64,000 nt of DNA from a virus. Below the pieces are notes generated by a model that was not told the DNA's origin, ran no database searches, and saw nothing but the letters and a program-made list of their open reading frames with translations. Below, in pieces: positions 25,425 through 35,600 of this stretch; position 1 is the stretch's first letter, and each line of letters opens with the position of its first letter. Both the position numbers and the translations under genes were made by a program. The stretch lies in IMG/VR virus record IMGVR_UViG_3300033233_000010, positions 32,001 to 96,000 of that record; one strand, given 5' to 3'.

Positions 25425-26758
25425 TAGGCTGTGACCTCTTCGACGAGCAGGCTCGCGCTTTCGTCTTCGCGCGTGATCGGCCTTACTTGCCCCGTCCCGG
25501 AACTGACGCGCCATTGAACGACAACGACGTGAGCGCCAGCTGTGAGTCCTGTGAGCTTGAGGCTTACGGCCATGGCCGTGACGCCCGAGCCACCGTTGGA
25601 TTTCGTGCTGCCACCGCGCCGAACGATGCCATCCACGACCACGCGGAAGAAGACGACAGCGTTATTCGTTCCGTTCGATGCGCTTCCAAGCGACTGAACG
25701 ATGAGCGCACCGCCGGTGGTCGTGATGTCGATTCTGAGCACATCCTGCGTCGTCGCAGTAACGTCGGCGACGAGACCGCCGGTGCTCATGGTTCCGGTGC
25801 CACCCGTACAGCCAGTGAATTGATTGCCTCCGCTCGTCCCGGTGTAGGACACGAGTTGCGGGCCGTTACTGGTCGTTATCAGAAGCGTGCCGGCGGCGGC
25901 GAAGCCCGTCGTCGAGGCGACGTTGATGGTTCCAGTAGGCAGCGAGACGCCGTTGGAACCGGCTGCGATCGTCGTTCGGAGTCGGAAGAATACGAGGCCG
26001 CCGGTGCTCATGGTGCCGGTGCCGCCGGTACAACCGGTGAAGGTCGTGGCGCCTGTGCCCGTGTAGGTAACGATCTGCGGACCCGCGCTCGTCAAGACGA
26101 CGATCTGTCCGGCAGCGGCGAAGCCCGTCGTCGAGGCGACGTTGATGGTTCCAGTCGGCAGCGAGACGCCGTTTGAGGCCGCAGCGATGGTTGTGTTCGC
26201 CGCAGGCCACGTCGTCGCGGTCGTGGTCTGATTCGACGTGACTTCCGTCCACTGCGTCTGAACGATTCCACCAGCGCCGGAGGCGCCGCCAGCCGCGCCC
26301 TGAATACGCCAGCGAGATGACGTAGCGTCGTAGGCGAGGGTAACGATGGCACCGCCGACGAGCGTGACGTTGCCACCAGCAAGCGTGAAGCGGTTGGCCG
26401 CGGTCGAGGAAGCAGACTCACTGATGAGCGTGATCGTGTTCGAGTCGATGTTGATGAGCGTGAGAAGGCGCCCGCTCGTTCCTCCAGCGATGCCGGTGAT
26501 GTTGACGGCGACCGAAGACGTGAGTCGAAGTGTTGACGCGGTCGCAAGCCCGGTCGGGCTGTAGTTGTCCTGGTTGGCCGCGAGCGAAGTCGGCGAAATG
26601 ACGCCGGTCAGCGCGAACGTCTCGGAACCGGCAATCGCTTTGAGGAGAGTAGCCCGAACAGCGGGAAGCGTGGGAGTGCCGCCATCGTCCACGAGGGCAA
26701 CGATGTCTCCGATGAAGGTGTTGATCTCTCGGATCTGGTCGGCGGCGATCCCACTCAT
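25424..26758 (-). CDS. Second fibre-like structural protein
   Basis: One copy of the fibre domain plus two TTIAA.SNGVSLPTGTINVASTTGFAAAG repeats; C-terminal domain resembles that of the main fibre. Confidence 0.8.
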   Translation of the reverse strand: MSGIAADQIREINTFIGDIVALVDDGGTPTLPAVRATLLKAIAGSETFALTGVISPTSLAANQDNYSPTGLATASTLRLTSSVAVNITGIAGGTSGRLLTLINIDSNTITLISESASSTAANRFTLAGGNVTLVGGAIVTLAYDATSSRWRIQGAAGGASGAGGIVQTQWTEVTSNQTTTATTWPAANTTIAAASNGVSLPTGTINVASTTGFAAAGQIVVLTSAGPQIVTYTGTGATTFTGCTGGTGTMSTGGLVFFRLRTTIAAGSNGVSLPTGTINVASTTGFAAAGTLLITTSNGPQLVSYTGTSGGNQFTGCTGGTGTMSTGGLVADVTATTQDVLRIDITTTGGALIVQSLGSASNGTNNAVVFFRVVVDGIVRRGGSTKSNGGSGVTAMAVSLKLTGLTAGAHVVVVQWRVSSGTGQVRPITREDESASLLVEEVTA

Positions 26759-26781
26759 GGACTAATCTCTACGTCTCCGCT

Positions 26782-27879
26782 TTAGGTGAAGGATGCCGGG
26801 CTCTCGATCTGGATGCGGTCGCCCGACTTGACCTTCGTCGTGAAGCTGACCTGCGTCGTGGAGACCCAGGTTACATCCTCACCGGCGCCCTTGGCTTGGA
26901 GAACCCCGTTCCGCCAGATTTTGCAGCGCGAGTCGTCGCGGAACTCGGCAGCTGTGCTTGGTGTGATGGGCGTACCGAAGCTGGCGAACGTCGTGGTGGT
27001 TCCGGTGCCCGAGAACACGCCCGTCTGGACGTTGAACGTCTCTGCCGCCGCCGCCTGGGCTGTGACGTTGAACTGCCGGAAGGGGAGGCGCGTGACGACC
27101 GAAGTGGGGTCGATGATGTCGGGGAGCTGACCACCCGAGAGGAAGGCGCCGCGATCGAGGCCGTAGAAGCTCTGCTGGAACGGAAGTTGGAACTGGTAAG
27201 TTCCGGCGGGCAACGTGACCGCGACGATCGCGTCCGTCGTCGGGTTGATCTTGACGAAGCTGATCTGGAGGTTCTCGCTGGCCGCGGCGGCGATGGCCGT
27301 ACCGTCCGACGTGCCCGTGAGCACCTGGAGCAGACCGAACACGCGCGTGCCACCGTCGAGCGGCGGATCGTTCGTGCTCCCGATGAAGATGTCCACCTCG
27401 TTGAGCACCACAGCTGCCGCCGAAGCAGCCGTGGAGAGTCCGACGCCGAGCGTACCGGCGACGGTGAAGTTGGCCTCGGTCGCGGCGAGGTAGGCGTTGT
27501 TCTGGGTGCTCGACGGCCCGACCGCGATGATGCCCGAACCGCCAGCGACCATCGCGGACGAAACGAGCTTGCCGAGCGCGCCCGCGCCGAGCGTGAAGAC
27601 GTTGTTCGTGTCGCGCGGCGACTTGAACACGAACTTTTTGTCGTGAATTTGGCGCAAACCGAAGTTGTCGAGAGCCGTAGCGATGCTCACGAACCAGTCG
27701 GCGGTCCCAACCTGTGTCTGCGGGTCGATGATGCGCCGGACCTGCGATCGGAGCCCGTTCAGGTCGAACAGGATGTTCTGGTCTGCGGCGGCGGGCGTCT
27801 CCAGACCGGCACCGGGAGGAACGGTGTCGTCGTAGACATCCGAGTTGCGGATCTGTGTTTCTTGGTCGAGAGTGCTCAT
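26782..27879 (-). CDS. Putative tail/structural protein
   Basis: Thr/Gly/Ala-rich; C-terminus (WRNGVLQAKG…WVSTTQV) shared with 27892..28794. Confidence 0.7.
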   Translation of the reverse strand: MSTLDQETQIRNSDVYDDTVPPGAGLETPAAADQNILFDLNGLRSQVRRIIDPQTQVGTADWFVSIATALDNFGLRQIHDKKFVFKSPRDTNNVFTLGAGALGKLVSSAMVAGGSGIIAVGPSSTQNNAYLAATEANFTVAGTLGVGLSTAASAAAVVLNEVDIFIGSTNDPPLDGGTRVFGLLQVLTGTSDGTAIAAAASENLQISFVKINPTTDAIVAVTLPAGTYQFQLPFQQSFYGLDRGAFLSGGQLPDIIDPTSVVTRLPFRQFNVTAQAAAAETFNVQTGVFSGTGTTTTFASFGTPITPSTAAEFRDDSRCKIWRNGVLQAKGAGEDVTWVSTTQVSFTTKVKSGDRIQIESPASFT

Positions 27880-27891
27880 TCAGAGGGCTCC

Positions 27892-28794
27892 TTACGCGGT
27901 CGGGAACGGCGCCCGAACCATGATGGTATCCTTATTCTTGACCTTGACACGCATCTTGATCTGCGTCGCAGAGACCCATTCCGCGATGCCGTTGCCAGAG
28001 CCGTCGCCCTTCGGAAGATCCTGCCCGTTCAGGTGAACTTCGATTCGCCCATCGTCCTTGAAAGCGGCACCCGACGCCGGGAGTGTAACATTCAGATCGC
28101 CAGACACCGGGGCGGGCGAGAACAGACCGCCGCCATAGGCCCCCGTCCGAATGTTGATGGCGGTGTCCGGGACGACCGTCTCGACGAACGGCCCGATGAC
28201 GACTTCGCGCAGCTCGAAGGAGTTGAAGTCGAGAATCGCCTCGTCCGGTCCACCGAGCGTGAGCGTGTTGTTGGGCACGATGATGGTCTTCGTCGGGTCG
28301 ACGACCGGGAAGCCGTCCACTTCGCGCACTTTGACGCCACTGCCGATGACCTCGCCCTCCTCGTCGAGTTCGAGCTGATGAACCCGCGTCTCCAGGTCGT
28401 CGATGATCGGCCCGAGATCGGGGAAGGGCGGCGGCGGGGGCGCGGGAGCTGGGAAGACCTGACCCGACGGCAGGACTGTGCTGCCCTGGCTCTCGAAAGT
28501 CACCTTCTGAACGACCAGCTCAACCGGAGTCGAGGAGAGAACAGCGTCGAGCGCCTGCTGCCGCTGCGCCGGATCGTGGAAGCGGAAGACGACGTGGTCC
28601 TCGCGAACGACCGAGACCTGCCAGTCCTCCACGTCGGGCAGGACGCGTTGAATCGTTTGGGCGAGGATCGTCTTGGGCTTGTCGGCGGCGAACCTATCCG
28701 CACGCTCGAAGTAGATGAACATCGCGTAAATGTAGAATGCCGGACACTCCGCGATGTCCCTCCCGAAAGGCAGGTTATCGTAGAGGTAGCCCAA
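27892..28794 (-). CDS. Putative tail/structural protein
   Basis: C-terminus HLNGQDLPKG…WVSATQI is paralogous to the downstream gene. Confidence 0.7.
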   Translation of the reverse strand: MGYLYDNLPFGRDIAECPAFYIYAMFIYFERADRFAADKPKTILAQTIQRVLPDVEDWQVSVVREDHVVFRFHDPAQRQQALDAVLSSTPVELVVQKVTFESQGSTVLPSGQVFPAPAPPPPPFPDLGPIIDDLETRVHQLELDEEGEVIGSGVKVREVDGFPVVDPTKTIIVPNNTLTLGGPDEAILDFNSFELREVVIGPFVETVVPDTAINIRTGAYGGGLFSPAPVSGDLNVTLPASGAAFKDDGRIEVHLNGQDLPKGDGSGNGIAEWVSATQIKMRVKVKNKDTIMVRAPFPTA

Positions 28795-28805
28795 GGGAGC
28801 CCATC

Positions 28806-29015
28806 CTACAGTCGCTTGGCGATGCCGTTCATTTCTCCGATGACCTTGTCGAGCTGGCCGACAACGTCACGGAGGTCGGACGGCGTGCCCGTGCTCGCCG
28901 CCCGCTTGAGGTGGGACAGGTGAGTGTTCGCCAACTGTCCGAGGTCGCGGAGACGGACTCCGAGCATCGGGCTGTGCGATTCCGCGAGTCCCGCGATCTC
29001 GTCAAACCGGCTCAT
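28806..29015 (-). CDS. Small helical hypothetical protein
   Basis: AGGAG-like RBS; MSRFDEIAGLAE leader. Confidence 0.7.
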   Translation of the reverse strand: MSRFDEIAGLAESHSPMLGVRLRDLGQLANTHLSHLKRAASTGTPSDLRDVVGQLDKVIGEMNGIAKRL

Positions 29016-29024
29016 GTCGGACTC

Positions 29025-29297
29025 CTACTTGGTGTTGTGCTGAGCGGGCTTGCCCGTGCGCAGCTGCGCCGCCGAGACCTTGGCCGTGGTCTGGTCGTTG
29101 TCGCCGTACTTCGGGTCCGGCTTCGGACGGTAGCGCGTGTTGGGGTCGTGCTTGCCCGTCGTCGAGGTCGTCTCGGGCGGCGTCTTGCCGTACCACGAGA
29201 CGGTCTCGGGCGTCGACTTGTCCTCCTCGCCGAGCGACAGAAGGGGGCGCCGCGTGAGCGTGATCCCGAGTCCGGCCATCTGGTCGAATGCACCCAT
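29025..29297 (-). CDS. Small hydrophilic hypothetical protein
   Basis: AGGAG RBS; LTRRPLLSL motif. Confidence 0.7.
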   Translation of the reverse strand: MGAFDQMAGLGITLTRRPLLSLGEEDKSTPETVSWYGKTPPETTSTTGKHDPNTRYRPKPDPKYGDNDQTTAKVSAAQLRTGKPAQHNTK

Positions 29298-29306
29298 GTC
29301 GATCTC

Positions 29307-29669
29307 CTACCCGTTCGGAACGGTGACTTGCCTGAAGTGGGCGTCGAACTCGTTGAACGACGCGATGCCGACGAAGATCGAGCCCCTGGTGAGGATGATC
29401 TTCGAGACGATGTTCAGAACGTCGACCCCATCGTAGAGGTCGATCTTCTTCTTCTCACCGCCGTTCATCGAGGTCGTGTTCCACGGCGATGCGGTCTCGA
29501 CCGCCAGGCTGGTTCGCGCGCTGCGGATCGTGAACGTCGTGTCCTCGTGGCACCCGATATAGAGGACCGGGATGACGGCGAGCGCATCGCGATGCACGAT
29601 CACCAGCTCGTCGTTGGAGGAAACGAGCGGCCAGAAGTCCGTCTTGACTCGGAAGTCGCTCAGTCTCAT
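29307..29669 (-). CDS. Hypothetical beta-rich protein
   Basis: AGGAG RBS; GC3-rich codons. Confidence 0.7.
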   Translation of the reverse strand: MRLSDFRVKTDFWPLVSSNDELVIVHRDALAVIPVLYIGCHEDTTFTIRSARTSLAVETASPWNTTSMNGGEKKKIDLYDGVDVLNIVSKIILTRGSIFVGIASFNEFDAHFRQVTVPNG

Positions 29670-29735
29670 CGACCGCTCCTACCCATCGGACCCATCTTCG
29701 CAGACGGAGCCCGAGAACGCACGCCAGTTTCGCAC

Positions 29736-30473
29736 CTACACCGCTACCTTACCAGACACTCGGGCGCTTCCGCCCTTCCGTTTGCGGTGCCTGGCGAGCA
29801 GTGCCGAGTACCGATCGTGCGGGGCTCCGGTGATGGGGTGGGCGCCTACCGGCTTGCGATTGGCCGCTTTGCGCGTCGGAGCCACGAACGCCATCTTGGC
29901 CTTCTTGGCGCCGCCGACGCGACTGATGCTCCCGACGCTCGCGAGCGGACGACGGGAGAGGGTCCGGTGACCGCCGGAGGCAACCTTCGGTATGACGGCC
30001 TTCGGCTTGGCGGCTCCCGGCGTGGCGGTTTTCGGCTGGGCGGCCTGGGCGAAGGGATCGACGAGCTTGCGCGTGACGCCCATGGGAGCCGCGGGCGCGG
30101 CGGTCGCTACCGGCTTCTTCGCCTTCGGCTTGCGCGGTTTCCGCAGCTTCTTGGTACGCCCGGTGTCGCCGTGGCAGTGCGCGCCGATGCGTGTCGTGCC
30201 TTTCGGGCACGGCGCGCTGGCGAGCGGACGGCGAGCGAGGCTGGTGACTGGATGGGCGGGAGCCTTCGGAACGGCGAGTGGAGCGGCCTTGGGAGCGGTC
30301 TTCGGAGTGCCCTTCGGCGCTGCTGTGGGAGCCGCTGTGGGAGCCTTTGGAGCGGCCTTCCCACCGACCGGCTTGGCGTACTTCTTGACGATGGCCTGGA
30401 TTCCCTCTCGGGCCCTGGTACCCCACTCGTCGAGCGACCGGAAGGCCGCGATGGCTTCGCTCAGCTCGTCCAA
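29736..30473 (-). CDS. Highly basic Lys/Ala/Pro-rich (histone-H1-like) putative DNA-condensing head protein
   Basis: MDELSEAIAAFRSLDE leader; APKAAP repeats; two RRPLAS motifs. Confidence 0.7.
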   Translation of the reverse strand: MDELSEAIAAFRSLDEWGTRAREGIQAIVKKYAKPVGGKAAPKAPTAAPTAAPKGTPKTAPKAAPLAVPKAPAHPVTSLARRPLASAPCPKGTTRIGAHCHGDTGRTKKLRKPRKPKAKKPVATAAPAAPMGVTRKLVDPFAQAAQPKTATPGAAKPKAVIPKVASGGHRTLSRRPLASVGSISRVGGAKKAKMAFVAPTRKAANRKPVGAHPITGAPHDRYSALLARHRKRKGGSARVSGKVAV

Positions 30474-30476
30474 GGC

Positions 30477-30842
30477 TCAGTCTCCAGCGATGACCGATTC
30501 GACCGATGTCGCGTTGGGTCCGGTGGTGATGAAGATCCCGGGGATACCGGAAGTGCTCGACCACTGGCCGTCGCCGGGGCCGAACTTGAAGCCGGCATCG
30601 GTGCTGACACCGATCTTGAGCGTGACCTCTTGGTCGGTCCGAAGGAAGACCCGCTTGGCGAGCGTGACGCCACCCATCGGGAGGGGCACGTTCGTCTGGA
30701 GCCCGGCGATGACCTGCGGCGAGGTCGTGGTGACCTCGGTCACGTCCTTCGAGTCCTGGGTCGTCTTCTTGGTCTCCGAGACGTTCGCGGCGTTGATGAC
30801 CTCGAAGGTCCCCTGCATCTTGACGGTTCTCGTAGCAGCCAT
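30477..30842 (-). CDS. Putative structural beta protein
   Basis: Thr/Gly-rich; GGGAG RBS. Confidence 0.7.
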   Translation of the reverse strand: MAATRTVKMQGTFEVINAANVSETKKTTQDSKDVTEVTTTSPQVIAGLQTNVPLPMGGVTLAKRVFLRTDQEVTLKIGVSTDAGFKFGPGDGQWSSTSGIPGIFITTGPNATSVESVIAGD

Positions 30843-30899
30843 CGGGCCTCGCTCCCTGCCTTGGGATTCTACTCGTTCGGGTCGAAACTCGAAATGAGC

Positions 30900-31916
30900 T
30901 TACTTGCTCCCGCGTCGGCCCGGCTTCTTGGGCTCGATGGGCGGCTCCGGCTCCGGCTCCAGGGGTTCGTCGAGGATCACGACCACATCGTTGTCCGAAT
31001 CCTCGGCTGCGACCGGCGGCGGCTGCGGCGGCGCTGGCGGAGCCGGAGGCGCTCCGATGCGGTGAACGGTCCTCGGAGCGGGGTCGCGTGGGAAAACAGG
31101 TAGCCCGGTCGCGGGGGCGGCCTCGGCGACGACCACCGGCGCCTTTGGATCTCGGGGGAAGGCGGGGAGCGTCGACGGCGCGGCCTGGATCGCCGGGATC
31201 TTCGGCTCGAACGCCTCGATGATGTAGAGGAGCTTGTTTCCAGCGCGGCCTGGCATCGACGCGGAAACGGCCTTGCCGTTGACCCGGAGCACGAGCTTCT
31301 CGAACGCCTCAGCCGTCGGGAGCCACGAGTTGATACGACCCGCGGGGATGTGCTCGTTCTGCCCGAGCTTCACCTCGATGGCGAGCTGGCCGCCCGGCTT
31401 GAGGAGCTTGAGCGCCACGACGAGCGCCTCAACGGGGAAGACGGCCTCCTCGAAGCACTCCGGCCAGATGACGAGGTCGAAGACCCCGAGCGATTCGAGG
31501 TGCCCTTCGGTGGGCCATCCGCCGAAGCAGCGGGTTCGGTGCTGGTCCGGGATCTCCTCGCTCTCGTTCTTGCGGACGGGGTGGACCTCGTTGAGCACCC
31601 CCGTAACGAGATCGAGACCTGCGCGGAAGCGGGCGCGGGGCTCGATGGAGACGACCTCGGCGACGCCCAAGTCGAGCGCAGCTGCGGGGAGCCCGCCCAG
31701 CCCGGCCCCGATAACAGCCACACGGTGTTCTTCGGCGAAGTCGGCGAGCCCGAGCTTGGCCTTGAGGAGCGCGATGTAGTCGTAGGGGTCGCACGGCCCA
31801 GGCAGCTCCAGCTCGTGCCGGAGGACCGGGATCTTGAACGTCGTCGGATCGCCCGGCGCGAATGCCGATGAGTGCCGGATGCGATCGACAGCCGCGACCA
31901 ACTCGTCGTGTTTCAT
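30900..31916 (-). CDS. Class I SAM-dependent methyltransferase-like (CmoB/DUF1698-like) with a Pro-rich tail
   Basis: VAVIGAGLGG…VVSIEP; FDLVIW…LLKPGGQLAIE; WLPT. Confidence 0.6.
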   Translation of the reverse strand: MKHDELVAAVDRIRHSSAFAPGDPTTFKIPVLRHELELPGPCDPYDYIALLKAKLGLADFAEEHRVAVIGAGLGGLPAAALDLGVAEVVSIEPRARFRAGLDLVTGVLNEVHPVRKNESEEIPDQHRTRCFGGWPTEGHLESLGVFDLVIWPECFEEAVFPVEALVVALKLLKPGGQLAIEVKLGQNEHIPAGRINSWLPTAEAFEKLVLRVNGKAVSASMPGRAGNKLLYIIEAFEPKIPAIQAAPSTLPAFPRDPKAPVVVAEAAPATGLPVFPRDPAPRTVHRIGAPPAPPAPPQPPPVAAEDSDNDVVVILDEPLEPEPEPPIEPKKPGRRGSK

Positions 31917-31937
31917 GCGTCCTCCAACCGGCCTATC

Positions 31938-32675
31938 TTACGGGAAAAGCGTCTCGCCGGTCTCGTGGTAGTAGTCGGCGCCGAATCTGTGAAGGGCGCG
32001 CTCTGGGGCGTCCTCCCACTCGACCGCCTTGATCGTCTCTGGGGTGGAGATGTGAGTGGTGCGCCCGACGAGTCCTGGGAGCCGTTCCAGCATGTCCTCC
32101 GGTACGGAGGAGAACCGCTGGCTCCACGCGTTCGCCGCCGCTTCCCGACCAGGGAACCCGACAGCGCGAAGCAGCTTCTCTGGGGAGACGAGGATAACGC
32201 CGTAGGGCGCGAGTCCACCGGCATCCCGATCAAACTCTCCCCACCGGACGAACTTGACGTGCATCGTCGGTTTGGGATCGTCTGGCGGAGACGCAGCGTT
32301 GAGCTTCTCCTCAATCATCGCAGCTACCGGCGGATCGTCCTCGTCAAAAGAGGCCGATCCGGTCCTCCATCTTTCGAGCATCGACTCATCGGTGGAGCTG
32401 ATCTTTTCCAGGTCGATCGCTTCCTCTGGGAAGGAGCCGCCGACGACGATCCGAAACTTGTCCTGCCCGGCGACGATGTCGCGCACGTAATCCGCGACGA
32501 CCGCATAGCTCCCTTCGGCGATGTAGGCGCCGCAGACGACGAGCGCGATCTTGGCATCGACCGCCTTGGCGAAGACGACGGGATGAAATGGCGCGATGTG
32601 CCCCACGTCCGGCCACACGAGTCGACTCCGAACCTTGTTGTCCAGAACGAAGCGAACGACCGCGTCGAGGTTCAC
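31938..32675 (-). CDS. Hypothetical protein
   Basis: GTG overlapping the TGA of the giant gene; coding-like only from 32675. Confidence 0.7.
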   Translation of the reverse strand: MNLDAVVRFVLDNKVRSRLVWPDVGHIAPFHPVVFAKAVDAKIALVVCGAYIAEGSYAVVADYVRDIVAGQDKFRIVVGGSFPEEAIDLEKISSTDESMLERWRTGSASFDEDDPPVAAMIEEKLNAASPPDDPKPTMHVKFVRWGEFDRDAGGLAPYGVILVSPEKLLRAVGFPGREAAANAWSQRFSSVPEDMLERLPGLVGRTTHISTPETIKAVEWEDAPERALHRFGADYYHETGETLFP

Positions 32676-35600
32676 TTGATCACCTCTTCGAGAGGCCGCT
32701 TGTCGGGTCCGGCATGGGTGATGCCCGCCGCTTTGAGCTTCTCGATCACCGGCTTCGGGTCGATGTCGTACTTTGAGAGGTTGAGCTGCGCGAGCCACTT
32801 CCAGAAGGAGATGCGATCGCCGACCATCACCTCCTTCGAGGGACCGCTGGCGCTGGCAGCAGCAACGGCTTCTGCGACACAGACCATTCGGTTCTCCTGC
32901 ACGGAGCCGGTGCGATTCGACACTTGGCCGTGGCTGTAGTCGACCTTTGTGCCGTAGTTGTCGCCCTTGTGGTGCCACGCCGACGTTTCGAGGAGAAGCC
33001 GGGGATCGAACTGGGCCCACCCGCTGTCGTGCTTGACCTTGGAGATGAAGAGGAAGATGTCGTTCGCGCCGCCGCTTTGCACGTCGGCACCGGGCGAGAT
33101 ACCGCCCAGCGCCTTGCCGTAGACGCCGAGGCCGATGTGGGCTCGCTTCTCGGTCGCGTAGATGCCGCCCATGTTGATCATGGATAGGAGACTCTCCTTC
33201 TCCTTTCCGTAGGTGAGGCTCGCTTTGGAGAGCGTGAGCCCATCGTCCATCCACTTCTTCATTTCCTCGCCTGTAACATCGAAGCGGTTGAACGCGGCTC
33301 GCCCCTCACCCGAGTCGTGGGCGAGCGGCTGATAGTTGGCGTTGCGCTTGTTGCTCCCGTCGGCGTTCTTCTTGTAGACAGCCTGGCCCGCCGCCGTCTT
33401 GAGTTTGCCGTTGGCGGTACGCTCGGGTTCGTAGCGCGGATCGTAGCCGAGTGGCCCGCGACCAGCGGCGGTCGGCGTCTGCTTGAACTTGTCGACCCAC
33501 CACTCGATCTTCTTCTCAGCCGAACCACTCGGCTCATCGGCGAGCTTGACCGAGCCCACTCCGTAGCCTTCGATGCGCCTGAGCCACGCCATGCGCCGGA
33601 GGTAGGTCAGTTCGTGGTCCTTCTCATCGGCTGGTCGTATGTCAGTGCCGAGAATGTGCGCGACCTTCTTGGTGTAGTCGGCGATCTGTTCCTTTGTTGC
33701 CCCTTCGGGAAATTGGACGCGGACGGTTCCGCCGCGCGCCGGGTACTTTCGTTTGGAGCCGTGCCCCATGTGCCCAGGAACGTAATGGACCAGCAGGCGC
33801 TTGGTCGGAGCCAGCTTGCCGCCAGCGACCGCTACGCCAGTGACGGCGTCGGTAAGATCCAGCTGGTAAGTGTCCATCTCATTTTCGTCTTTATCGAACG
33901 GCTTCCCGAAGGTCCCGTCCCACGTCGCCTCCTTGGAGACGAGATTGTCTCCTGCCGGATTGCTCTTCAACTTGGCCTCGGGGACCGGGTAGTAGCTGAG
34001 CTTGGTCGCGGCCAGCTTTCCAGCCTTGACCGCGTCGGCGTCGGCTGCTTTCGTGTCATCCTCGTACTTCTTGAGGCTCTTCTGGTAGTCGGCTTCCGCC
34101 TTGGTCTTCTTCTCCTCCCACGCGGCTTTGGCCGTCTCGACGGCCTGCGCGTGAGCGGCTTCGACGTTCGCCTTGGCCTTCTTCTGGGCAGCGAGGTGTG
34201 CTTTCGCCGGCTCGAAGCGCTTGATTTCCTGCTCGTCGGTGGGGATCTCGCTGGCCGCCTTGAGCGCATAGGACCCGTCGGGAGCGAGGTGTCCGAGTCG
34301 ATTGAACTCGGACAGGTAGTGCTCGCCCGCCGCCTTCTCGACCGGATCGGCAGACTGGGCGGCGGCGCTGGCGGCGTCGATGCCCTGCTTCAAGTAGTGG
34401 TACTTGACGCCGCCCGCGCCTTCCTTGAAGTGCTTGTAGACGTACTTCTCGATCTTGGTGACGGGGACGACGGTCCCGTCGGGGAGAGTTTTCGTAGCGG
34501 AACTCGTGTCACCGGCTGCGCCGATGATCTTCTTGTGGAAGTCGCCACCCTTCGCACTGAACGTCGGCTTGGGCGGCGGCTCGAAGGGCTGGATGTCGGG
34601 CGGTTCCGGCGCAGCGATGGCCGAAGCACCACCGGCTGCACCCGGCAGTCGAGATTCGAGCTTCGTTCGCGCTCCGGTGTCGAGAATGAACGTCGCCATC
34701 GTGTTGTTGCCCAGATGGAACATCTGGAGACGGCCATCCTTCACGTCTTGGCCGCCGACCATGAGATCGACACCGGCGTGTCCCTGCTTCACGCGAACGT
34801 GATCATCAGGGATCTGCGACATAGTCGGCAACTTGGGATCGAGCCAGTTGTGCGGCGGTCCGGGCTCGGTCGCGGCAGCGAGCGCCTTCTTGTCGACCTT
34901 CGCAACGACGGGCTTCCCTTGGAGGAATTCGTCGATGCCCATCTGGTCGCGGACCTCGGACTCGATTGCCGAGATGGGACGCGCGTCGCCCTTCGCCTTG
35001 AGCGAAGCGGCGCGCTGCTTGGCGAGCTGCGCGTAGAAGTCTCCGACCTCGGAGCGGATCTTCTTTCGGCGCGCGTCCATTCCATCGAGGAACCCGTCGA
35101 CGGTCTGATCGGACTTGACAGCCGAGTAGCCGGCGACGGCTCCGAACTTCTGCACGCTCCCTTCGGCGTAAGGCTTCCACATCTTCTTGTAAGTGTCTGA
35201 CGGGATCGACTCGGCGCGAGCGATGACGCTCTCGAACTCGGGGCTCGTGAGCGGCATGAGCGCAATGTCCTCACCGTCCGACCAGTCGCGAAGCATCCTT
35301 CCAGGGAAACCCTTACCCTGGTCTTGGCTGACAGACTGGAAGCCCTTGACCGTAGGACTCGGGGCTTCCCACTTGAGCTTCTTCGTGAGCGTCATCGACG
35401 AGTCGAAGAACCGCGCGGCCTGCCCATGATCGACCGGCGTGACGTTGCCTTTGTCGTCGGCGACGAAATTTCCGTTGTGATCGTCGTAGTCGTCGTTGAG
35501 CCAGTTGGCGATCACCGCCTTCTGGAGCTGCTTCGCGATCTTGTCCTTGTGGACGTGCGTCTTCCACGGCTCGTGCTCGCCGTTGTCACGGAACGAGGGG

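Noticed and set aside
21588-26758. Diversity-generating retroelement or invertible fibre cassette
   Set aside because: No reverse transcriptase, no adenine-specific TR/VR pair, and no recombinase or inverted crossover sites in the window
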